NCBI GenBank assembly: GCA_964247055.1
Contig: OZ176054.1
Span: 1,116,001 to 1,180,000, forward strand
DNA length: 64,000 nt
Direction: 5' to 3'
From: Paragordius varius
Taxonomy: Eukaryota > Animalia > Nematomorpha
Of this stretch, positions 11,690 through 25,187 are shown piece by piece. Position 1 is the first letter of the stretch; the number at the start of each line of letters is the position of its first letter. The notes under the pieces were generated by a model, which ran no database searches, had not been told where the DNA came from, and saw only the letters and a list, made by a program, of their open reading frames with translations. The position numbers and the translations under genes are program-made.

Positions 11690-14419
11690 TAAGTAATATG
11701 GTTGGATGGTTTTTCCTGAGTCGCCAACGACTTTTTCAATATTCACCATTTCATTTTCTTCTATCTTTTACAATTGAGATCGTTTAATATCATTTTGGTT
11801 TCTTCTTTTATCGTATAACCACCTCATCGGTTGTCGGCCTCGTTTCCTTTGCCCTTCTACCTTCCCCAACATTGTATCTTTCTCTAGAGAATTTGATCGC
11901 ATGATATGACCAAAATATGTTAACTTTCTTTTTAGAATTATCTCAAGGATGTTTGTTGGTTTTATTTCTGTAGTTAGATTTCCATTCTTAATTTTATCCT
12001 TACAGGTGTATCCTAGCATCCTACGCCACCAGCTTCTTTCAAAAGCCATTAGCCTTTCTTTGTCCCTTTTTCTTAGAGTCCAACTCTCACATCCATATGT
12101 GGTGAGTGGGAGAACGAAACAGTAGAGTAATCTTTTTTTGGTTTCAACTCTTACGCTTTTGTTTTTCCAAATCCTTTTTAATTTGGTCATTGCTTCTCTA
12201 CCCAATCCTATTCTCTTTCTGATGTCAGGAGTTGAAAACCCATCCTCTGAGATTATTGCGCCCAAAAACGTTAACTTTTTAACTATTTCTATTTCTACTC
12301 CTTCTAATAATTGTAGGCTTTTCTCCAGTACATAATATTTTGGTTTTGTTAAGATTAAGCTTAAGACCATAACTCAAACTCTCGTTTCGAATCTCTTCAA
12401 TTAATTACTTCAATCATTTACACTTTCAGCTATAAGAGTGGTATCGTCTGCAAACCTTAAATTATTGATTGTTCTCCCTCCTATTCTTACATTATTTTTA
12501 CCATCTAACTTCTTCATTCATTTCTGTGGGCACGTATTGAACAGATAAGGAGATAAGCAACACCTTTGCATGACTCCTTTCAAGATAGGTATTTCGTCTG
12601 TGTCCCGCGCTGATCTAATAATCCCTCTTTGTTTTACATAGAGAGAACTAATCAATCTTATTTAGTGAGATACCCTTACTACTTTAATGTTTCCCACAAG
12701 GAGTCATAAAAAAACAATCGAAGGCTTGTCTGTAACCAATAAAACACATGTATAATTCTTTCTGGAACTCTTTGGATGTTTCTATCTTCTCTACTTTGAG
12801 ATATGATCTCTTGTGCTTTTTCCCTTCATAGATCCGGTTTGTTTATCTGGTATTTCTGACTGTATGATACTGTGCATCCTGTTTTGTATTATTTTAGTAA
12901 CACCTTACTAGCGTGGCTAATAAGAGATATGTTCCAATAATTCTCGCACTGGAGTACATCTCCTTTTTTGTATATTGGGAGATATACAGATAATATCCAA
13001 TCGTTAGGCCATTTACATGTTTCCCACACCTTTTGACATAACTTGTGTAACGTTTCTACAGGAAAAGCTTTTATGAACTCTATTGGGATATTGTCTAATC
13101 CCATCGCTTTGTGGTTAGGATTTGTTTTAAAGCTAATTCAACCTCCTCTCTTAGTATATCTGGATCATGTTCATCTTCTTTTAATTGCAACACTTTTGCT
13201 TAAGGAGCCTGATAGAATTTTTGGGTGTATTCCTTCATCTTTCTCGTACTTCTGTTTGTTTGCACAATATGGTGCCATTCTCTATTTTGGGATGTGTGAG
13301 TCATTTGCTTCAGTTTCTGGAACATTGGTTGCATTAATCCTTTTTTGTTATTTAATTCCACTTACAGACATTGTTATTAAAAAAATCTTCATAATCCTTT
13401 CTTTGTCGTTGAAATGCTTTGTTATATAATTTAAACATTTTATTTTCACCTCTGATTTAGCTTTTCTGTAATCTTTAAACTTTTTTCTGATATCCATTTA
13501 TTATCTTTCCTCTTTACTCTCTGCACTTTTTTGGCTACTTCATTAATAACATTTTTTATCGTCCCCCATAATTGTTCTGAGCTACATTCGGTGTCCAATC
13601 TTTTTAATCCATCTTTCGTTTTCTTTCTAAAACTATTTGGAACGAGTGTGATGTATGTCTGTTTAACCTTATTTTTAATTATTTTAAGTTTGATTTTGGT
13701 TACCAAAAGCTCATTATCGCTAGAGCAATCGCTGCTTTTGCTTGTTTTGGTATCGATTATAGAGCTTTTCCATTTTTGAGGACATATTATGTAATCAATT
13801 TGATTCTTATATTTACCACATGGATCCATGTGTATAACCTCCTATTGTGTTGTGGAAACCATGTGTTGGTTATCATCATCTCATTTTCTTGTCAAAAATT
13901 GATCAGTGCCTCCCAGCCTCGTTTCGTTCTCCAAATCCATATGGGCCAACTATTTAATCTACTCTACCTCTACTAACTTTTCTGTTCCAATCCTCTCCTA
14001 TGATAATCATATCTCCTTTCTTCGTTTAGTCTAAAACTATTTGCAACTTTGCATTAAAATCCTTTATGTCTTCTTTGGGAGCAACGTAGGACCATAGACT
14101 ACTATCTATGTGAATTCAGGTGGCTTAGCATTCAGCCATACTTATGATTCTGGGTGTATATGGTGTATAACTAATGAGACTTTTATTTAAGTTGTTTTTT
14201 ATTAATCTGCAACGGCTTCTGATTTTTGGTCATCTCTCCCCGATCTTAACAATGTATAATTTTAATTTTGTGCTTTCGCGCTACCTTTTGCTTGGTTTCC
14301 GTTAGACCGAATATATCTAAGTTCAATCTTTATATTTCCCTTTCAATTATAACCTGTTTGGTTTCTGTTAATGAAAGTACGTTCCAGCACCCAACTTTGA
14401 AAAGTCGCGTTGATTGCAT
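11690..14419 (-). mobile_element. RTE-clade LINE (RTE-1), near full span, frameshifted
   Basis: ATG at 14419 (MQSTRLFKVGCWNV, APE endonuclease start). RT fragments (GLDNIPIEFIKA, WNISLISHASK) and C-terminal TYFGHIMRS..GKVEGQRKRGRQPMRW. Confidence 0.9.
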
Positions 14420-15425
14420 ATAGTAAAAACTTTTTTTTGGCAGTAATGAAACGAGATAGCAATCATAAAAGAAAAATATAAAGAAATTATTGCTACGCTA
14501 GAAAAAATAAACTAAGGCACCAAGGACTAGAAAAAAAAAGATAATATATATAACAATGATTTTGATGAATTATTATATTACTCTTTAAATTACATAGTCA
14601 GCATACAAAACAAAAAAGATTAATAATTACAAAAAGAAATATATTTATAGTATATAATAATGTAAAATAGTGTTACTCTCCTTGAATGTCTTTTCGCTTT
14701 TAATCACATGATTTCATGCAAGAAATAAATTTTAAGAGTATATATTTTTGATAGTTTTGGAGAAGACTTCCCTGCTTTAGTTTTGATTTTCATGGAGCAA
14801 TTAGCACAAAAGTGTACTCTTCTCATAAGCTTCAAAGCCAGTAACACTTAAAAATTCTTAATTCCATATCTAATTTAAATTTATCAGGATTGTTGCACTT
14901 TGTAAATACAAAGAAAACGAACATTTTAGATCATGTATAATCAGTTTAGTAGTTGGAAGTTTTATTATATTTGTATTTATGGTAACTCCAAAAAGGATAA
15001 ATGTTTTGGACACCTAATTTTGAAAGGGAATCGATTATTTATTTTATTCATAATTGTTTGCATTAATCTCTAACGATTGTCTTTTGTGAAAAACAGTCGG
15101 TCCGAAAATTAGATCTAGCGATTAGGTGCCTTTACTAGTTTTAGAGATGCTATTGTATGTAGCGTTAACACTTATGTCTTCTGGCTTGTTCCGGTCGATT
15201 TTGATCAATACATCGTTTAAATTATTATTTGTTGGCAGTTTCTTTGAGTTTCAATAAGATAACTGAATGCTAAAATATTATTTTTATAATAAATTGTAAA
15301 AGGTATTTATTACTACTAAATAAAGGTTAAAATTTATATGCTCTAAAATTCAAGATTTATTTAATTTAATTGTTTATTAAAAATAATTGCCAAACAAAAA
15401 ATATCACAATATAATTATAATATAA

Positions 15426-18040
15426 TCGTTTTTGCAGGCTCAAAAAAATTACCAGCGCCCTCCTCTTGCTGATAGGTATTGTAGTAAACTAAATAAAAAA
15501 ATTATTTTTTAGAATCTTACAAGGAAGTGGTAAAAAAGGTGTCGCATAATTCATTAAATATTAAATTTTATACATGATGGCGAATATTGAATTTATTATA
15601 TAAATATATTTAGTTAAGTTAAATATCCATTAATTAAAAACACCCCTGTTTGTTATATATTTTGTTATTAATAAATGTTTTTGGAAAATTACCTGATTCA
15701 TATATGGATTGTTCTTGCTTTGCATCTAGAAATGCGTAACGTAAATTAACATGTAATAAAACATCAATGCAAAACATGTAATATTTTTTATAAATACTAT
15801 TTTAAACTATCTTAACGTAATGTAACCAGATAGGCTGTTTTTCGCAGCACAATACTGGGTTTTTAGAAAAAAACTGCGCCTCTATGCTCCCACTTTTGAA
15901 CTGCTTTTTGAAATTAAAAAAAATAATTTTTATAAATATATATTAATTATCTTTTATTTCAAAAAAAGATTTAGCATAGTACTCTCTGTAAAAAACCACA
16001 TAAGTTGTAAAGAAACGTTTCATTTTGCGGTAAAGAATGGCCTATTTTTAATTGGTAAATATTTTATTTTCCACTCGTATGTTACATAAAATTGGGTTTT
16101 GGATCGGTCAAACCTCTTAGAATTGCAACCCTTCGTGCAGTGGGGAAACTATATATATCGCATCCTAAGATACAGACTAATGGTTCTTTTACTCAGGGCT
16201 TCCGCAAAAATAGGTGCCTAAAAATTTAGAATTAACAAAATTAATAATGATATTTTAATAAATGTTTGAGCAGGTTTAGAAAGTTTTTTTGTTATAAATA
16301 TCAAACGGAAAATTATATAGAAAATTGTTATTCCCGTTACATATTACATAAAATTTATTAAGGATATGATAATGAAATGACCTTTTTAAAAAATTTTTAG
16401 TTTTAACGACTGTACTCATTAGGTGGGAGGTATGATATTCCTTAATTTTTTCCTTAACTTTAATTTATATTAGTTTTCTTATTTTTTGCATTTGAGACAA
16501 TTTGTTGAAGCGCAAACTATTTTGAAGCTGAATGGAAACATAAAGCTTTAAGATATAATAAAACCCCTTTTCTAAAAAGTTTAAGGATGTTGAACATTAC
16601 TATGGTTGAGAATTTTTAACCTAAAGGTTTGTTTGCTTGCAAATTTTGGTGAATTTTCGTAAAAAAATACAATTTTTATTTAAAAACGAGCAAAAATTTA
16701 TATAAAAAATGTGAGCGATAAAAATGTTTAGCATTATCAAATTATATGTATAAATGGTATAGCATCTCAACTGTTTGTATCGTTTCCATCATGGTTAAAA
16801 ACGCTTCAAATTTTGCTAAATATTAAATTTTTAAAGTGTGCATTTTTAAAAAATATATTAAGTCGATATCAAAATTTAGCTATTTGAATTTATTACCAAA
16901 TGTCGAAATTTTGTTTTTAAGAGCACTGTACATTTTAAAATAGGCAAAAAATTGGGACTTTTAGAGCCCACTTCTGAAAATTTAAAAAATATTGTTTTGC
17001 TTTATATATGTAGTTTATGTTATATTTTTTTGTGATTTTTGAATCAAAGCATTTAGCTTTCACAAAAATTTGAATAAAATGCGCACCTTTGACAATTTTA
17101 TACCAAGCATTTATCACAAAAGTGTAAATAACTTTCTTTGATAACTCGTAAAGGTTAAAACCAAAACCATGATAATCCTGATACTTTCCTATCAGAATAT
17201 ATATATATTTCATCAGGATACTTTTTTGTGACTGTGTAATATACAACAGATGTTGTAATCAGGTAAAATATGTTTTAATTATGTACTGCGTCAAAGTTCA
17301 AAATATCTTTTTTAATACAATTTAACTAAATTATCTTATAACAGATACGTTGAGATGAATAAAACAAAAGATTAATTTGATTTATTTGGCATTGAATAAA
17401 AATAATGTAGAAACAAAACCGCCGTTGTTTTCTTCCTACTATGAATGAAAAACATTTAAATATAATTTAATCTCTAAGTTTAGACTTTTGAGAAAAACCA
17501 TTTATCAACAATTTTACTTGATTTTTTAGGAATATTTCTTAGCATCTATTTATTAGTTGTGTAAGGAAACTTTGTCCAAGCATATTTAATCAAAATTATG
17601 GTTATGATGTAAATCTAAATTAAAGATAAAAATTTTAAAAGTGATGTAACAGAAAATGTTTAATTAATTTTATAGGTTTATTAACTAGACCAAGATGCCG
17701 CTTCTTACCGAACGCTTTTCTCATTCCTAACCAGCTACTCCGACCTCCCTCACTCTCAACCGCGCCATCTAAACATTAATTAATCAGCATTGAGTTAGAA
17801 TTGCATTAGAAGCAAGCAAGTTTAAAAAGTCTTACCCGGCGGAACCACTCTGTTCTTTCAGAAGAAATTCCCCATTTTCTTCCACTGGGGACAACAGGCC
17901 TTCCGATTCCTCCTAGAATCACCTGTTGTCCCCTCATCACCATCATTCCTCCCAATCACTCTTTCCGCTTTTCTTTTAACACGACCACAACAACACAGCG
18001 TTATCGCCGATGGGTCAAGATCGTTTGAATAACTTAACAT
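15426..18040 (-). pseudogene. 5' fragment (exons 1-4) of a kinase-family paralog, unit 1
   Basis: Exon 1' at 18040-17836 has an in-frame TGA at 17858-17860. Exon 2' lies at about 17768-17690, exon 3' at 15725-15693 (DAKQEQSIYES) and exon 4' at 15488-15426 (YYNTYQQEEGAGNFFEPAKT) with a mutated donor. No kinase-domain exons follow. Confidence 0.8.
15821..17307. mobile_element. Non-autonomous TIR DNA element (TGTGA.CAGATA ends), unit 1
   Basis: Its ends are reverse complements of the ends of the 25188-28269 element; AT-rich and non-coding; lies in intron 2 of the 5' fragment. Confidence 0.6.
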
Positions 18041-18792
18041 TGTTAAGTGTGGAAGAAAATTTAATAATATAATTGATTTTGCAATATCAAAAGCCAGTCA
18101 AATTTGACATAAAAGATATTCTCTTAGTTGCATTTTCCCTTTCCAAGTGATAAAATTTCAAATAATTAATATTTTATTAAATAAATTGCATTATAATTCT
18201 GTTTAAATTGTGTTGTAAAATTCGCCTAGATTTACAATTAATAAAATCATTATTGTTCGCCATTATCATACGATCAATTCAATATATGCAACAAAAACAT
18301 TATTTTTATGTATAAATAGTTTTTTTTGAAAAAATGGCATTTTACGGGGTAGCGGGTAAAAAGAGGGCCTCAATCAAAAAGGTGAGTTGACTATGTTCGG
18401 CGCGATCAAAAATAAGTAAACAAAAATCATATTTGATATTAAATGGTCCAACACTTTCTCCGGATAATTGTATCAACCTGTTTTTTACACGAAGTAGGCC
18501 CGTGAGGGCTTATTCCAAAGGGCGAAGCTATTGTCGGAACATTTATTAATGATTATATTTTTTCGAAGTTTGGATTTGAATGGGTCTACGGGTTTTCTGG
18601 TAGCAGATCACAAAGCCAGCATTTTCCATTTTTTCCATATTATAGAATTTATGAGAATATTAATGTATTTAAAAATAAATAAATTTAGTACATATAAATA
18701 TATATATTTAATAGATTTTAAAATTTATACTGTGCTGTCTTATCTATGGTGTTTGAGTTACAACGTAAAAAGGGGGGCGCCATATAAGTTTT

Positions 18793-19990
18793 ATGCCCCG
18801 GGCGCCGCAAATGCTCGGTACTCCACTGAGTTGTTGTTGTGGGAGTTGTGTGGAAGGAAAAGCGGAAAGATTGATTGCAAGAAACGATAGTGATGAGGGG
18901 ACAACAGCTGATTCAAGGAGGAATCGAGGCTGTTGTCCCCAGTGGAAGAAAAGGATTTTCTTCCGGAAGAGGAGAGTCGATCCGCCGGGTAAGATTCTTT
19001 AAATATTTCTTGCTTGCTTTTAAGAGTGCAAGTTTAATTTATCCTAACGCTGAGTAATTATTGTTTAGATGGCGAGGCTGACGGGCGTGGAAAGAGCTGG
19101 TTAGAACCCTTAAGAAAAGTGTTTTGTAGGAAGCGAGTTCCCGGCTCAGATATAAACCTACAATTTTTTAAGAAATATCGTTTGTTACGGCAAAGTTGGT
19201 AAATCTTGCTGTTGAAACATGTAAATTAGTAGTAAACATGGATATTATGTCAAAAGAAAACTATTTATATAAAACATAGCTAATTTAGATTTGCATCATA
19301 ACCATAATTGTTTAATTGTGTTAATGCTTGTACAAAGTTACACACTTACATAAAGAAATATTCTTAAAAAATTAAGAAGACTTTGTAGTAAATGGTGTCT
19401 CTTTTCTCAAAAGTCCTAACTTAGAGATTAATTAGGTATAAGTTTTTCACTCATATAGAAAGACAATGGCGGTTTTTGTGCCTACAAGATATTTACCCAA
19501 TACCAAATACATCATTTAAATCGCATTTTTTATTTTATTCATTTTAAAGTATCTGTTAAAATAGAAGTTTAGGCAAATAATGTTAAAAAAAGTGATGTTT
19601 ATTACATGTTAATTTACGTTGCGCATATCTAGATGCAAAACAAGAACAATCCATAGATGAATCCGGTAATTAAAAATATATATTAATAAAATATAAAACA
19701 AACTGGGGTGTTTTTATTAATAATATTTTTTAACTCAAGTATAATTTAAATAATTCGATATTATCCATTTCACTATTGTGGTAAAATAGTTTGATATTAA
19801 ATAAATGAAGCGACACTATAAACCTCTTAATTGTAGATTATAGAAAATATCTTCTTTTTTTATGTGGTTTACCACAGTACTTTTTATCCGCAAGAGGGAG
19901 CTGGTGATTATTTTGAGCCTGCAAAAACCCTGCGCATCATTTGCATTGAGATGGTTGATGGAGAACCATCCTACACCAATATCCATCCAG
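18793..19990 (+). pseudogene. Inverted kinase-family mini-copy (exons 1-3 plus a fused exon 4/11), unit 1
   Basis: Exon 18793-18988 and homologues of exons 2 and 3, then ...EGAGDYFEPAKT|[20 protein letters not shown]. In this unit the exon-2 donor and the exon-4 acceptor are mutated. Confidence 0.75.
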
Positions 19991-20529
19991 GTATAATCAA
20001 TTTTGTGCGAAATTTTTAATTTTTATCATTGATCAATAGATTATAAAAGATTGAAATTGACTTAAATGTATATAATTAACAATAAGCTAATAATAACTCC
20101 ACAGATTATATTTATTTAAGGCATATTTAGAATGAGCAGAAAAGCGTTGATGCAATAATTATTCAAAAAGGTACGTTTAACATCCTTTTATAGATTTAAT
20201 GGATTCGCCAAATTTTACAATAAAACCTAAGATATGATATGTTTAGAATCCACTTTACCAGGCCCTTGCTTCATGATTTTTTGAGGTCAATTATAATTAA
20301 TTTGGGTTTTTCCAATAAAAAAATAAAATTATTTTACGCTTATATTGAAAATAAAATATCATTAATGAGTAATTTTTTATTTTTATTTATAGATATATTA
20401 ATTTATCTATTTTATTTTGATTAATTTTTGGTTTCATTTTTTGGTTACATTTAAATATTAGTTAGTGTTTATTTTATCCATTATAATTATTCTTATTAAT
20501 TGAATTTTGTTTGTTATGGGTTTTTTGTT

Positions 20530-23185
20530 AGAAGTCCAGGCCAGACCTGGCCAATCGCTGCACGGAGGTAGGGGCCAATAGAGATACGGAAGGTTGTAGA
20601 GTGTGTTTTGCCAGTATAAATGTTGAGTTAAGAAGTAAGTTATATGATTTAGTTGAAACTATGAGGGTATAAAGGTAATTTTTTGTGCATTCAGGACAGA
20701 TACCGTGGAAACAGGACTAAAACATTAGAGGGTAACTATAAAATGTTTTATTCAGGTTATAACTGGGGTCGCCATAATAGTGTGTCCATGATTTGCCACT
20801 CAAGTAATCGATGTTAGACGTGCTGACAGTAGAGTTATAAGTGTCGACCTGTTAAATAAGAGGGTTTTTACAAAGCGTTTCAGATAGGGTTAACTAAATC
20901 TGAAAAGGATAAATTTTGTGATTTGTTAGACACAGAAAGACTTCATTAACGAAGACAGAGAAATAATATTTTGTGGTGATTTCAATTGCCATGTGGGACA
21001 AAATAGGACAGCGGAAAAGACGGGGTTATAAATGAAAAAGGGGCTAGTTTATTAAAATTTGCTCAATTTTATAACTTAGCTATAACAAACACCTTTTTTA
21101 CTAAAAGGGATAGCTATTTAATTACCTACGAAAGTAGAAATAAGTCACAAATCATTTATATTCTGGTACCGCGAGAGTATTTAAGTTTGTTGTGGACTGC
21201 AAAGTCACACCTAACTTACAGATTAGCACACAACATAATATATTTGTGAAATATATGACAGATAATAAATGTTAAAAAATATAAGTTTATAGCGCCGAAG
21301 GTGATTAAATTTGATTCCTTAAGAAACAGTAAAGAACGATTTGTAGAAACGGTAGGCATGCTAGACAGGAACTGCGATCCGAAAGTGTTTAATCTCATGT
21401 GGCAATAGAGAGGCGGGAGTTAAGGTATGCGGAATGAAAGGTGGTAAAAATCAGTTTATGAGGCATGGCTGAAAGACTAAAAAATATTCTGAAATCGCGA
21501 GAGAAAAATAAAGCTTAGTGGAGGTTTACCCACCATGTAGAAGAAAAGGAAAAATTAAAAAGGATAAATAAGTAACTAAAGGCTTGTAAGATTGGTCAAA
21601 AAAGAAAAGACGGCATCATTATATGAAAAGAAACAAAGTTTCGAAAATTGCTTAACAAAGACACAGAAGAAAGCTGGACTTGCCCCCTTACGCGTCCGCT
21701 ATTAAAGACAAAAACGGCAAAATGTTCGTGAGGCAGGGAAAATTTAGAGGTGGAAAGAATATTTCCAGGACTTTGAATTAGGCGTCAGTGAAACAAATTT
21801 ACCCGGATTATATATCTGCGCATATAAAGTATAACAATAGGAAGTCCAGGTTGGTTTTGAAGTGATGCCTATAAATAAGGCTGCGGGTACAGACGATATT
21901 AACATAAACTGTTGTAAAATAATGTCAGATAAAGATATTAAATTTTTGATGGACTATTAAAATGTAGTGACTACAGGTGTTATACCAACTGAATGGAAGA
22001 GAGTTTCATTGTTCTTATTTTCAAAGGTAAAGGAGATAATAATGATTCTAATAATTACAGAGGGTTAAGATTGTTGTCGCATACAGCCAAGTTATTTGAG
22101 TAATACTAGAGAAACGAATGAGAAAAATGATTAGTGTAGAGGGTAATCAATTAGGTTTAATTCCAGGAAATCCACCATTGATCCGATTCAGCCAGTAAGA
22201 AGGCTATTAGCATATAGAAAAGAGGAGTTGCATGGCATTTTAATCGATATTGAAAAGGCGTTTGACAGAATACCATATGGTGGTTACCAAGACGAAAAAT
22301 CCTGAAACATAAAATTACGTGTCACACCATACCAAAGTTAAAACACACCAGGAAGTTTGATCCTATATTACTACTTATAATATTCATGGAGTAAATTTCA
22401 AAAGAAGTGGGCAACATGGTAACTGGTATTTTTTATGCAGACGACCTAATAGTGCTGTCAGACGAGTTGCATGAATTGCAAGGATTGGTGGGTAAATGGA
22501 TTGATGTGTTACGACGATGCGGTTTAAAAGTTAATAAAAAGAAAACGGAACTTAAAAATTTCGGTGGGAAAAAACGAGAAATGGATTTAGAAGAAGGGTG
22601 GGTATTAAAAAGTCAGGAGGAATGCAATGAGAGCGATTTTAGCAACATATGGTTCTTTAACGCATGATATAAATCTAAGAATTCGAAATAGTTGGGCAAA
22701 TTATAAAAAGTTGCCAAATGTATTCTGCAATAAAAATATTGACCTAAAAGTCAGGGGTAAATTTACAGTGTTGTTGTATAGCCAACAATGATGTACAACT
22801 CACAGACATGGGCAATAAAGAAATCATAACAGAGGTACTTTGAGGTTACTGAAATGAGAATGCTTAGATTGATGTGCGGTGTAACGAGGAAGGACAAGGT
22901 GATAAATGTCTACATAATAGAAGGTACGGAGAATAATCCGGTAACGCAAAAGATGATGGTAAATCGTTTCAGATCGTTTGGACATGTAGAAAGAAGTGAT
23001 AATAACTACATTGGTAAAAGGATCGATGATTATATTGTGAAAGGTGAGAGGGGAAGAGGGCGACCTAAAACGCGATGGATATAAACAATTAAGAGGGACA
23101 TGGCAAAAATGAACCTAAAACACGATGACGCCATATACAGGGTTCTATGGCTAAATACGGATATCACTGCTCAAAAGAGTGATAT
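20530..23185 (+). mobile_element. Second RTE-clade LINE (RTE-2), heavily decayed, unit 1
   Basis: Fragments GIFYADDLIV (RT YADD) and MRMLRLMCGVTRKD..FGHVER..RGRGRPKTRW; APE-like 5' region. Confidence 0.82.
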
Positions 23186-25187
23186 CATATATATTATTTT
23201 TATTATCCTCATAATCGAGTATTTAAGAAGTTAGACACTACAAATTATTCCCAAAATCTAATAAAATTGGCAAAGAGCAAAAATAATACTAAATTATTAG
23301 AGTTATCAATAGGGTAACCGATTTTATCGCGTAATAAAGATATCGCTTTTAGCGCATAAACACACAAAATGAACAATAATATTATTAAATTATATGAACT
23401 AACCAACCATGACGATTCTTTTAAAATATCAAGCATAGCTGAGTATCAATCCTCCGACTCAAATTGAGTCTTTGGGGAGGCCTGTTTATTTTTAAAAATA
23501 TGGCACAAAAGGAAACCATAGGAAAAGTTTGTATTGTATAACTGCACCAAATAAAAAAAATAGAAAATACCTGATATTACTCATTTTGTAAAACTGCATA
23601 ACAATTTAGCCAATGCATGTCCATTAACGATATCACGTAATGAAAAAACTATTTTTTCTGTTTTAATCAATGTTTGTGAGATTAAAAAAATAGATTAAAT
23701 CAAATATACACGATATTTTACTATAATATTCTAAAATAAAAATAGGATCAAAGTAGTTTTATATGAAACTTATTTTAAATTTAAACTTTATATTTTGGCT
23801 TAATTATATAAAACTAGAATATAAGATAAAATTTAAATTGAACAGTTTTAGTTTAATATCAACTTAAATTTTGTCTGGGTTCTCTAGATACCCCGACTCG
23901 AATCCAAAGGTCAAATATGGACTAGCTATAGTTCTACTACCACACCATTCTGTACATTTAGTTTTAATAATGGTATCAATATATTAGTTCTTACTAATAA
24001 CCACTGTTCGACTATATTTTTAATTTGCTCATTAATTCCTCTGACAGATTAGTTCTTATATAGAATAAAAAAACTTAATATTAACTTGAATTTTTTCAAA
24101 TATTAATAATATAATTATTACTTGAGCTGGTTGTGGATTTCACACTTTCCTTAATACAATATTTTGTTGATATTATAGGGTTTTGATATTTTACAGTTTT
24201 TTGAGAAACAAACTATTATTTTATAGTTACATTACTTGCGCCATGAATTCGAATATGAACAAAAGTGTTACATTTTCACCTGAGGTGTATGACAATAACA
24301 TATGCCAGATAAATTCTTTTTAAGACACATATTTATGGGCGTCGGTATAATATTTGTATAATTTTATGACAATACCAGATCAGATGTCATTCAAAATTGA
24401 AATTAACATTACTTGGTCAAAATTGTATAACGATGGTATAGAATCAAATATTCTATTTATTTTCAAACAACGGGTTGTAACACTAATAAATAAGTGGCCA
24501 GTTCTATAAATATAGACAATAACTTTGACTTTTAAGTGCCATTTTTCAATTTATTACATTGAAGACTTATAGTATACAAAAATGGTAGAACACGTAAAAT
24601 TTTTTCTTAGTGTTTATCGAAATTTTTTGGCCCCAATTCAACTTTAAACTCGAAATTTTTTAGATAGTGCAAAAGAATATATTTTTCGAATGTTAGCCAG
24701 TCATTTAAATCAATGTGGTGTAAAAGTTATTTGGCTCTATGTAGTCAGAATTTTCAACTCATAAAGATTCACAAACCAACTAATTTAAAAATAATACAAA
24801 TTATTTCAATATAATTATGGTTTTTAAATAAAAAATAAATTCAAAAGCTTTTGGTTTAAAAAAAACTTTTTTGTTTTATCTTTTTTAAATCATTGTAGAC
24901 AAAGTTTGAGCTATTTACATCGATTAGTTAAATATATTTATTGAGGATCAGGAATTTGTTTCATGGGTTTGTTTCCTATGTCCAATGTTAATTATTTATA
25001 TACTAGCATGCATTGAGATTTCACTACACTTTTGAATGATATACCACGAATCGGCATTTGTTGTATATTTAATAAATGCATTTTTGAATAAGATAAAGAG
25101 GAAGCATAAAGATTAAAATAATAAAGCATAACAATTGAAATATTCCAAAAATATATTTTATATGATTTCCTAAAATTACCATTAGGG

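Noticed and set aside
13043-13779. Plus-strand hydrophobic ORFs (also 41098-41834 and 50963-51481 on the minus strand) as membrane proteins
   Set aside because: They are antisense shadows of A-rich retroelement coding strands.
16935-17246. 103-aa ORF identical in both units (also 44864-45175) as a conserved gene
   Set aside because: It has no ATG-led recognisable domain, has AT-rich composition and lies inside a non-autonomous transposon; the identity reflects the near-identical tract.
17858-17860. In-frame TGA next to a hairpin as selenocysteine or readthrough
   Set aside because: Paralogs have CAT, CAG or CGG here rather than Cys, no SECIS-like element is evident, and the downstream exons carry further lesions.
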